A DNA stretch of 64,000 bases from a plasmid. The stretch's first letter is position 1, and each line of letters begins with the position of its first letter. The stretch lies in sequence record NZ_KX443406.1. One strand, given 5' to 3'. The notes under the pieces are model-generated. The model saw nothing but the letters and a program-made list of their open reading frames with translations, was not told where the DNA came from and ran no database searches. Positions 1 to 10,700 of this stretch are shown piece after piece. Made by a program: the position numbers and the translations under genes.

Positions 1-370
1 CCAGTCGATCGGCGGCGATAGTCCATCCCGATCCGCACTGCCTCATTGCCCGGACGTACTCGCCGGCCGGGGTGTTGACGACCGTAAACAGTAGGTCGTG
101 GCCGCCGCCGAAGCACCACCGCAGATCGCCGTCGTCGAGCGCGACGGTCTCGTCGAGCCCGTCGACGTCCGCATCGGAGTCGAGGAGCCGGTACTCGCTG
201 CGCGCCAGCATCACCAGCGACTCCCGGTGCAGCTCCCCCAGTGGTCTGTGTACGGCGATTCCGTCCCCCAGATCCAGGGAGTGAATGGGGCCGAGTTCGA
301 AGTCGAGATCCAGCTCCTCGCCGTTGCCCGCGTGCAGGCGCATGAACATGCTCTCCGTCGTCGTTTCCAT
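1..370 (-). CDS. hypothetical protein, partial (C-terminus beyond window start)
   Basis: Minus-strand reading frame with strong GC3 bias runs from an ATG (revcomp of cat at 368-370) preceded by GGGGAAGGA SD to the window edge. Translation MGMETTTESMFMRLHAGNGEELDLDFELGPIHSL... is not in the ORF track because it is truncated. Confidence 0.4.
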   Translation of the reverse strand, partial: METTTESMFMRLHAGNGEELDLDFELGPIHSLDLGDGIAVHRPLGELHRESLVMLARSEYRLLDSDADVDGLDETVALDDGDLRWCFGGGHDLLFTVVNTPAGEYVRAMRQCGSGWTIAADRL

Positions 371-494
371 CCCCATTCCTTCCCCTACCTGCATCTTTGC
401 AGTCGGCCCGAGTCGTCTCATTGCAAACTGCAATATTGCTGTTTACACTACGCCCGTACCTGATCGATCCGACAAACTCGAGGGGGCGGAGGAA

Positions 495-671
495 ATGGCC
501 GACGAGATGTACAAGCTCGCGTGGCAGATGCGTAGCGAAGGCGCCGGATGGAAGGTTGTCGCCGAGGAGCTGGGCTGCGCGGTGGACGTCGCGAAACTGA
601 TGGTGGCCCAATACGAAAGCGATACGGACGAACGAGCTGCGCGAGATCAGTTCGCGCTCTTCGATATCTGA
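495..671 (+). CDS. small HTH-like protein (58 aa)
   Basis: ATG at 495 preceded by AGGGGGCGGAGGAA SD. MADEMYKLAWQMRSEGAGWKVVAEELGCAVDVAKLMVAQYE resembles a sigma-region-4/HTH fold. GC3-rich. Confidence 0.4.
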   Translation: MADEMYKLAWQMRSEGAGWKVVAEELGCAVDVAKLMVAQYESDTDERAARDQFALFDI

Positions 672-720
672 GAACAACCCGGCGGCGTGTGCCTAACACC
701 CGCCAGGGCAGGGGAATTCA

Positions 721-909
721 ATGACAGTGCTACTCATCTTCAACGCGCTCGCATCGTTGAGCGCGATCGTCTGCGCACAGCGGTCCTACCGCCGCCACGG
801 CGTCGCCGGCCGAGCCTTTGTGGCCGGTCTCGGGGGGCTCTTCATTCTCCCGTTGGTCGTCGTTCTGGCGGTCGCTGTGGCCGCTCCACGAGCAACGCGA
901 ATCGGCTAG
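721..909 (+). CDS. small hydrophobic membrane protein (62 aa)
   Basis: ORF with two predicted TM helices (LLIFNALASLSAIV, GLGGLFILPLVVVLAVAVAA). SD-like GGGCAGGGGAA upstream. Confidence 0.3.
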   Translation: MTVLLIFNALASLSAIVCAQRSYRRHGVAGRAFVAGLGGLFILPLVVVLAVAVAAPRATRIG

Positions 910-1108
910 CGGAGAGCGTTGGTGAAACACTATAAAACCGCAGGTCACGGGCTGTTTTTGTGGGCCCGGATCGGGTAAGATCGACCTCGAAAACGTCCCC
1001 GAAACGGGGGGGAACTACGCCCGAGATCGGGCGCAGTCGAGGAGGTCGTTGTGGCACGCGAGGACGTCGGTCAAGGCGCGTTCGAGTTCGAAGGATCGGG
1101 AGGACGGG

Positions 1109-1753
1109 ATGGCACCGCAGGACGAGGAGTTCCTGACACAGGTCGAGGGGATCGACCTGTTCATAGCCGAGGAGACGCGGCGGATTCTGACCGAGTGGGT
1201 CGGGATCGACCCGGAGCTGACGCCGGAGGCCGCGCAGGAGCAGATCAATCGGGAGGCGCTGCGGCTGCAGAAGCTGACGGAGGAGGCAGCAGAGGACTTC
1301 GAGCGGGCAACGCCGCCGACGACGGATTCGACGTACTGGGACGCGGTGCAGACGAAGGAGTCGGCATGGCGGGCAGCGCGGGAGACGGTCCTCGAACAGG
1401 AGCTGTACCCGCAGGTGACGCCCGAAATGCGGGCGGAGAGAGCGGAGTTCGACGCACAGATCGAACGCGAGATCGAGACGCAGCAGGACGCGGCCCGGAA
1501 GAAGCAGGATCCGGACCGGTGGCGGAGCCTGAACGTGCGGCCGATGCCGGCAGCGGAGCGGGTCGTCGAGCGGGTGTGGCTGGCGAAGGGTCCCCGGTTC
1601 CGCAGTCTGGCCCGAGCGCTGGTCGCGCAGCGGATCGAGGACGATCAACCGGTGCCGATGACCGGACGCGACCCGATCGCCGACGAGCTGGCGCAGATGA
1701 TCGACGACGAGATCCAGCGAACCCCGGAGATCGACCCAGAGCTGCCGTTCTAG
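1109..1753 (+). CDS. acidic coiled-coil hypothetical protein (214 aa); possibly N-terminal part of the downstream giant gene
   Basis: ATG 1109 after GGGAGGACGGG SD. Protein-like acidic sequence (LTEWVGIDPELTPEAAQEQINREALRLQKL...), whereas the overlapping frame called from 1051 is Gly/Arg-rich off-frame noise. Ends at TAG 1751-1753; the giant ORF frame is open immediately across this stop in the -1 frame. Confidence 0.5.
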   Translation: MAPQDEEFLTQVEGIDLFIAEETRRILTEWVGIDPELTPEAAQEQINREALRLQKLTEEAAEDFERATPPTTDSTYWDAVQTKESAWRAARETVLEQELYPQVTPEMRAERAEFDAQIEREIETQQDAARKKQDPDRWRSLNVRPMPAAERVVERVWLAKGPRFRSLARALVAQRIEDDQPVPMTGRDPIADELAQMIDDEIQRTPEIDPELPF

Positions 1754-1755
1754 CT

Positions 1756-4700
1756 CAGGCCGAATGGTCGCAGGTCCGTGACGAACTCGTCGGGATCGAG
1801 CTGCAGGGCGAGTTCCTGGCCAAGAAGCTCGCCTCCGTCAACGTCGCCTTGGCGAAGGCCCAGGACCGAGGGCTGGCCGCCGGTATCGAGGTGAACAGCC
1901 GACGCGCCGCGTCCATTACCAGCGAGATCACACAGCTTCGCGCTCAGTGGCGACAGCTCTCCGCGCGAGAAGGGCTGCTGCGCAACGAGGTGCAAGCCCT
2001 CGGCATCGAACCCGAAGCGGTGCCGAAGCGGACCGTCCGTGAGGTCGCAGCGGCCCGCGAGACGTGGCGTGACCATCCGGCGACGGATGCTCAGATCCGA
2101 AAGCTCGAAGAGCTATCCCGCGAGGTCGACACGCCGTTCGATGTCGACCCGAACATCACCAAGGGCCAAGCCCACGACGCAATCTCGGGCATCCTGTCCG
2201 GGACCATCACTCAGGTCCAGTTCCGTGACCGCCCGGCGGGCCCGATGTTCATCGAGGCGGCCGAGCCGCGCCCGGAAGCGACCCAGCCCGAGATCGAATC
2301 CGCGGGGGCGGAGCCGCCGGTTCTCACGCCGCGGCCGGTCGTGGACCCGGTCGCGGAGGTTGAGCGACGGTTGATGGAGCGGTTGGCGGCGCAGGACCCC
2401 GATGCCGACGCCGCGGTAGGTGCGCAGGCCAACACCGCCGATCAGTTCCTCGACTGGGCGACCGGCCATTTCAAGGTGAAGGCGCAGGTCGCGCTGGCCG
2501 ACTTGATGAGCGAACGCGACACGCTGACCGACGAGATGTTCGTCGTGTGCCGCACGATCCTCGCGGATCCCAAGCGGTGGAGCGAGTTCGGCCACCGAGC
2601 AGCGGAGGCCTACTGGGAGGCGCACCGCGACGAACCGATCCAACATCCGACGACGACGGCCGTCGCCGACGCGATCGTCGAGGCCCGCGCGAGTGAGGAC
2701 CGCGCCGTAGACGAGCGCTATCTGGACACAGCCCAGGGTGTTCTCGCTGACGTCGTGGCCGGGGGTGCGTCGCCCGAGGAACGCGCCGAGCAGGTCGAAG
2801 CCATCCAGGACGCCCTCGACCTCGGTGCCGGCCCGGAGCTCGACGACTGGTGGGCACGTGGCCGCGCCGCGTTCGACGCAGCCACGCCGATGGATCTGCC
2901 GGCACCGGAGACCGATCCGGGCCTGGCGGCCGCGCTCGGGAAGCTGCGTAGCCGCCGTGCCCGCGAAGAGCTGACGAACCAATGGTTCGCCGGCGCCCGG
3001 CAGGGGCAGCGCGAAGCGACGGCGGATGATCGCGCGGCGCTGCTCACAGAGGCAGCGCATGACCCGCGCGTGATCGCCGAGGTCGGCGGCCGCACGACGG
3101 ACTACCTGCCGTCCTTCCAGCCACACACGACCGCGACCCGGAACGTGGTCACCGAGTTGGCCAGGGGCGGATCACCGTTGCGGCAGGCCGCCGCGCAGCT
3201 GATCCTGCGCGAACATGACCTGCCGACCGAGTTCTACGAGGCGTCGCACAGCGAGTGGCAGCGGGCGCATGGCCACGAGCTGACCTGGGACGAGACCACC
3301 CGGCAGGAGTGGACGTCGTGGATGCGGATGCAGCTGCGCCGCGATCCGCTGATCGGATCGTGGGCCGGGTATCCGATGGCCACGCGCACCTACCTCATCG
3401 AGACAGGTATCGAGACGGCGTTCGCCGTCCTCGCCGAGGAACGTCCCGATCTGGTCGAGGCGACGGCGTCCATCCCGGCATCGCGCCTCGCGGCCGAACT
3501 GCGCGGCGACATCATCCCGAACCTGTACGCCGGCGAGGATGCCGAGGCCGCGCGCACGGCGCACCTGTTCAAGAACGCGAACGGTAGCGAACTCACGCTG
3601 CGTAGCTTCGAGAACTCGACGCTGCGACCGTCCCCCGTCCGCGGCTGGGACTTCACCCTCAACGGCGGCGGAACGTCGACCACCTGCGGCCGCGATCCCC
3701 GCGTCGCCGTCGGAGCGATACTCGACGCCCGCAGCCTGCCCATCCCGGAGTGGATCGAACGCGTCTACCGTCCGTATGCGCAGGCCCGGGAGACGGTGCT
3801 GAACACGGCGGTCCTCTACGAGCGTGGCCACGAGTTCTATCACGCGGCCGCCCGCAGTGATCTGCTGTGGAAGTACGACGATCGAGGTAACGCCGCAGCC
3901 TCGTCCGACCTGGTCAACGCCGCACGTGAGTCGATCATCGAGGACCTGCGCCGCACCCTGCCCGAGGAAGTCGCGCTACTCGAGGCCACCGGCATCGACC
4001 TGGACTGGACCCTGCGGACCGACGTCGACAACCAGGTCATGCGCGACCTACGCACTGCGGGAACAGATTCCTACGGCGTCGACACCGGCGACATCAGCGC
4101 CGGACCGGCCGGGTCGATCTACGTCGGCGACCCGAACGGAACCCACGTCGTCGTCAACCGCCGCTGGGCGCAGGGCTTCACCAGCCAGGTCATCACGATC
4201 GACGACCAGGTGTACGCCGGCGTCGACACCATTCGCGACGCGATCGCCGAAGCACGAGCTCAGCTGGCGCGCAGCCCGCAGAGCACCGAGCCTACGGTCG
4301 AGACCGGCAGCAGCAATGCTCCTGCCCGCGACGAGCGAATCGTCGACGTCGAGGTCGAGGAGGCCGACCCGTCCCCGCCGCGAGTCGTAGCGCCCGTCGT
4401 CGACGACACGGGCGCGATCACCTTCGACGAGGTCGACACCGACCAGGAACCCATCATCGCCACCGGTGGCCAGGGCCAAGAGTGGGTCCTGGCAGACCAT
4501 CTCGTCGTCGGCCACATCGGCCCCGCTATCGCACCGCCGGCCGAGGTCGACACGGCGACCGCCGTCGACATCGTCGAGGAGCTCACCGCCGCATCCGGCG
4601 AGCTGATCGTCCCCGACACCGAGTTCGGCGAGCCGATCAGCAGCCCCCTGTGGCGCACCGGCGACCTGGTCAAGGTCCGCAAGGAATCCGGCGGCTACGC

Positions 4701-7700
4701 GTGGATCTCCCCCGCCACCGCAGCCCGCTACGCCTCCGAGAACGCCCCCGAAGCCGAGCCCGAGGCCCCGACTCAGCCGGAGGCCGCATCGGCGGCCAAA
4801 GCTGACGAACCAGCAGTCGAGCAGCACGAACCTCGTGCGGGCCCGCAGTCGGTGGCGGCCACCGACTTCACCCTCGGTACCGGCGTCCACGTCCCGTCGG
4901 GAGCGAAGGCCCGAGTGCGCGCGAACATCGCGGCCGCACGCCTGGTGCTCGAACTCGACGAGCAACAGCGCCCCGCCACGGCCGAGGAACAGGCCGTACT
5001 CGCCCAATGGTCGGGCTGGGGCGCGGTCCCCGAGGTCTTCGACAACCGATCGAAGTTCCTCTCCGAGTGGGCCGATGAGCGCGCCGCGCTCCTCGATCTA
5101 CTCGGCGAGAAGGGGTTCTCGCAGGCCCGCGAGACCACCCTCAACGCGCACTACACCGATCCGGCGATCGTCGGTGAGCTGTGGCGGGCGGTGCAGCGAG
5201 CAGGCCTACCCGACGGTGCGCTCCTCGTCGAGCCTGGCTGCGGGGCCGGCCACTTCGTTGGCACCGCGCCCGCCGGGGTGAACATGGTCGGCGTCGAGAT
5301 CGAGCCGATCAGCGCCAAGATCGCGCACTACCTCTATCCGTCCCAGCAGATCCGCAACCACGGATTCGAGCGCGCGTTCGCCACCGACAACACCTTCACC
5401 GGCGCCATCGGCAACGTGCCGTTCGGACGATGGGCACCGGTCGACCCGATCCACAACGCGGCCGGGCTGACGATCCACAACGCGTTCATCGCGAAGTCGT
5501 TGGCGCTCACCGCACCCGGCGGCTACGTCGCGGTCGTGACCAGCAAGTTCACCTCCGACGCCAAACGAGGCGACCAACGCGCCCAGATCGCCGCCAAGGG
5601 TGACCTCGTCGGCGCCGTGCGCCTACCGACCGGGGCATTCGATCGGCAGGCCGGCACCCCCGTCGTCACCGACGTCCTGGTGTTTCGCCGCCGCGAGGAC
5701 GACGCCCAGCCGACCCAGGACACGGTCGAATGGGCGCTGCCCGCCCGCCAGATCGCGGTCACGGACGCCAAGACCGGTGAAGCCGAGACCTACTGGATCA
5801 ACTCCTACTTCCAGAAGCACCCGGAGCGGGTCCTCGGCAGACTCGCGGTCGGCAACGGACAGCACGGCAACCAAACCCTGATCGTGCAGCCGGACACCGC
5901 GACGCCGCTCGCCGAGCAGCTCCGCGGACAGCTCGACCCGATCATCGACCAGGCCGTCGAGCAGGGACTCGGATTCACCGCCGCAGCACCGAATCCAGCG
6001 GACGTCGAGGTGCACACCGCGCCGGGGCTGCGCACCGGGGCCGACCTCGACTCGTCCGAGGTCCTGCCGGGCACGATGCGGTTCAACGAGGTCGACAGCC
6101 GGTTCGAGCAGTTCACCGTCGGTCGAGGATGGAGCGAGGTCAACTGCCGCGGCAAGGATCTGGCCGAGCAGTGGAAGAAGCTCATCGCTCTCGGCGAGAC
6201 CGTCATGGAGCTGTCCGAGGCCAGCCGGGACGCCGCCAGCACTGTCGCCGGCCGGGACGTCATCCGCGGCCGCCTCAACGGCCTCTACGACGACTACACC
6301 CGCCGATGGGGCCCGCTCAACCGATTCAAGCTGACCGCCCCTAAGCCTCTGACCGAGGAGAAGATCGCCGATCGTCTCGACAAGGCGATCACGAAATGGC
6401 GGGAGAAGGTCGGGCGCGCCGAGGCGATCGCCGACGGAATCGACCCAGAAGACGCCGGCCCCTACACCGGGTCCATCCCCGACGATGTTCTCGAAGAGAT
6501 GCAGGAGAAGGCGGCCGAGGAACCGAAGCCGCAGAAGAACCAGCATCACCTGCAGGGCGCGATTGCCCGGGATCCCCGTCTGGGCATGGTCCTGGCGATC
6601 GAGGACTTCCAGTCCCGGTTCGACGGCACCGACGCCGTGGCCACCAAGTCCGCGATCTTCACCGAGGACACCACTCCGTTCAAGGGGAGGGCGCAGTCGG
6701 CGGCCGACATCGACGAGGCCCTGGCCATCTCGTTCGACGAGCTCGGACACATCTCGCCGGCACGCATGGCCGAGCTGCTCGACCTGTCCGTCGACGAGGT
6801 CCTCGACCGGGCGGACGGGCGGATCTACCCGTCCCTGCAGGCCTCCGACCAGTGGGAGCTGGCGACCGTCGCACTCTCCGGCCAGGTGCGCAGCAAGTTG
6901 GCGATCGCCCAGATCCGGGCCACCGACGACCCGCGACGCTACGCCGGACTGGTCACCGCCCTCGAGGGAGTCATCCCACCGGATGTGGACCCCACCGACA
7001 TCGGCGTTCGCCCAGGCGCAACGTGGATCCCGGTCGAGGACTACCGACAGTTCCTCATCGAAGAGTTCGGGCTCAACCCCCGCCGCCTGACCGTCGAGCA
7101 CGACGAGGTGACCGGCAACTGGAAGATCGCCACCGAACAGTCCAGCCGCCACCAGGTCCACACCGGATACGCCGACAAGTACGGCAACTCCCGACTGACC
7201 GGCGTGCAGATGATGGAGCTGATCGCCAACAACAAGCCGGTCCAGGTCAACAAGACCAAGGAAGAGCTTGAGTTCTCCCCGAAGCCGCGGTTCCACGTCA
7301 AGATGACCGAGACCGCTCAGTCGGCAGCGAACGCGCTGCAGGAGCGGTTCGAGAAGTGGCTGTGGTCCGACGGCGACCGATACCTGCGGCTGGCGAAGGC
7401 GTTCAACGAGAAGCACAACAGCTTCGTCAAACCCGCACACAGCGGGGAGCACAAGAGCTTCCCCGGGCTGAATCCGAAGTACAAGCCGTACGACTACCAG
7501 GCGGCCGCGGTGCAGCGGTTCCTCCACGACGAGACGATCCTGCTCGACCACGTCGTCGGCGCCGGCAAGACCGTGACCATCACGACCTCGTGCATGGAGG
7601 CCAAGAGGCTCGGGCAGATCAACCAGCCCTGGATCGTCGTTCCGAACCACCTGCTCGCGCAATGGTCGGCCGAGGCCCGGGACGCCTACCCGAACGCGAA

Positions 7701-10700
7701 GATCCTCGTCGCGTCGGAGCTCGACGGCCGCGACGACCGCCAGCGGTTCGTCGGTCAGACCGCCGTCGGCGACTGGGACCTGGTCATCGTGCCGCAGTCC
7801 GTGTTCGGTCTCATCGGTATGCGCCGGGAGGCACAGATCGAGTACCTCGAAGGTGAGATCACCGAGCTGCGCATCGCACTCGACGCCGCGAACGAGCGGG
7901 GCGCGGAGTTCTCGGTGAAGCAGATCGAGAACGCGATCAAGGGCGCCACCAGCAAGATCGAGAACCTCGTCGCCGCCAAATCGACCGACGAAGGACTCAC
8001 GTTCGAACAGTCCGGAGCAGACTTCCTGTTCGTCGACGAGGCGCACGACTACAAGAACCTCACACGCCCGTCGAACAGCACGGACCTGTCAGTCGCCGAC
8101 GGCAGCCAACGCGCAACCGACCTCGAAATGAAGGCCAAATACCTACGCGAGCAGGCGCACCGCCGCAACGCCGAACGTGGACTGCCGAACGCGCCGGCCA
8201 AGGCCATCGCGTTCGCCACCGGCACCCCGATCACGAACTCGCTGTCGGAAATCTGGGTGATGATGAAGTACCTGCGCCCAGACCTGCTCACCGAGGCCGG
8301 TCTCGGCCGCATCGACAACTGGGCGGGCACCTTCGCCAAGCCGGTCACCGTCGCGGAAATGAACGCCACTGCCACTCGCCTGCAGATGAAGACCCGCATG
8401 GCTGAGTACGCCAACGTCCCACAGCTGGTCGCAATGTACGACCAGTTCCGCGACGTCGTGACTTCCGATCAGATCCCGGTGCGACTGCCCGAGATGGAAG
8501 GCGGCGCACCAACGATCGTCGAGTTCGACATGGGACAGGACGCGATCGACGCTGTCGCGGACCTCGACGTGCGGTTGGCGAACATCAACGGCGACCGGAT
8601 GGACCTCGACAACAGCCTCAAGGTCAGCACCGACGGCCGCAACCTCACCATGCACCCACGCCTGGCGAACCTGCCGGCGCCCGCCCCGGAGAACAGCCGG
8701 GTCGAGCACGCAGCCGATCTGATCTGGCAGTGCCATGCCGACAACGCCGACGTGCAAATCCCCGCCGACAAGTACGGCCCCGAGATGACGGGTGTCTTCC
8801 AGTTGGTGTTCTGTGACCGCGGAACGCCGAAGGCCGGCAGTGGCCCACGCGCCCGCAACGTCTACACCGAGCTGCGTGACGCGCTCGTCGAGCGTGGCAT
8901 GAAGCCCGAAGAGATCGCCTTCATGCATGACTACGACAACCCGAAGGCGAAGGCGAAACTGGTCGAGGCGTGCGCCGACGGCCGCATCCGCGTGCTCATC
9001 ACGTCGACGAAGAAGGGCGGCACCGGACTCAACGTCCAGCGCGCCCTCAAGCAGATGGTCAACCTCGACCCCGCGTGGACGGCCGCGGACATGGAGCAGC
9101 GGATCGGCCGCATCATCCGGCAGGGCAACGTCAACGAGACGGTCAGCGTCGTGAACATGGTTGCCCGCCGTTCCTACGACGCGATGATGTACCAGTACGT
9201 CGCTCGCAAGGCGAGCTTCGTGGGCATGATCCGCAAGGCCGACCTGCCGCCGTCGATGGAAGACATCGGCGGAGACCTGGCGGCGTCGTGGGCGCAGTCC
9301 AAGGCCGCCGCCACCGGTGACCCGGTGTTCGTCCAACAGGTCGAGGCCGATCAGAGGGTGGCGAACCTCGAAGCCCGCCGCGACGCCGTCCTCAACGCCA
9401 ACGCCGCACGCAACGCGGCGATCCGGGGCCTGCAGGCGAACATCACCGCCACCGAGAAGCAGATCCCCGAGCTGCGCGGGACCACCGACAAGCTCAACGA
9501 GTGGGCGCAGATCGAGGACCGTGCAGCGAAGATGTGGAACTTCCCGACCGGACCGGTCGCCGACGGCGATACCGCCGATCTCGGTGACGCACTCCGTCAC
9601 GCCCTCATCAACACCACCGGCGAGGTCACCAAATCCAAGGACGAGGTGCCGTTCGTCGTGCTCAACGGCGTCCCCGTCAAGCTCGCCTACGTCCAGGTCC
9701 TCGGCGAGTTCTACATCTCGGTCGGTGGCATGGAGAAGTGGTACGACCGCGATCAGATGAACAACGTCCTCGAACGTGCCAGCACCGCACAGGGAATGCT
9801 GGGCACCATTCGGCGTCTCGCCGCGGCCGCCACCGAGCGCATTCCAGCGATGGAAGCACAGCTCGAACGGGACCGCGAGAAGCTCGCTGCAGCGCAGGCC
9901 GAACCGGAGCTCGAGTTCACCCAGACCGCTGAACTCGACAATGCCCGGCTCGAAGCCGACGAGCTCCGCCTGGAAGTCAACGCGCGCGAGAACTCCCCCG
10001 AGGCGCTGCGTCGGGCAGAGACAGAGCGCGAGCGGCGGGCCGCGGACGGGCAGTACGAACGGTGGACTCTCGACCTCAACCCGACCGAGGCGTGGGCCGA
10101 ACAGAACGGAATGAGCAGGGAGGAACTGATCGCATCCGTGCCGGCGAAGATGGCGGCCGCGCGCCAGGCGTGGGCCGATCAGGCCGAGGCACGCGAGGCC
10201 AATCGGAAGTCGCAGCCCTGGGTCGCGACCAACGCCACCGAGGCTGTGTGGCAGTACGGTTTCGACGCCGAGTCGAAGATGCCCGGCGCACGAATCAGCT
10301 GGAACGACCGACAGTGGAACTGGGAAGCGTGGGACGGCCAAGGCTCGGTGGACACCGACACCGCCAACACCCGCGGCGAGGCGTTCGGCCGGGCCGCCCG
10401 AGCTGCCGGCGAGTTCGCACAGGCGAACGACATCCCGGAATCGGCACTGCGCGAAGCAAGCATCGAACGGCGCCAGCGCCTCGAGGGCGAGGACGCCGTC
10501 GTGGAACCGACCGAGCCCGTGGCAGCGGCGGACAGTGCCGTAGTCGAACCGACAGAGCCGATCACCGAGACGTCGATCGACGGCAGCATCGCCCGCGGAC
10601 TCGGCGCCGGCACGAACCTGCGGCCGCTGCGCGACCTGAGTGCCGCCGAGCCGCCGAACGACGTCGGGGCAGCGGCCGAGGAGAGTCGGCCAAACGAGAG

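Noticed and set aside
1051-1755. N-terminal 235 codons of the track's 3229-aa ORF (MAREDVGQGAFEFEGSGGRDG...)
   Set aside because: Gly/Arg/Asp-rich low-complexity translation typical of an off-frame in GC-rich DNA; the overlapping frame 1109..1753 is protein-like. The giant gene is taken to begin after 1753 or by frame change.
5623-8046. 807-aa minus-strand ORF inside the giant methyltransferase-helicase gene
   Set aside because: Antisense to a gene with clear domain motifs; composition is Arg/Gly/Leu/Val-rich with no motifs, an expected stop-free antisense frame at 67% GC.
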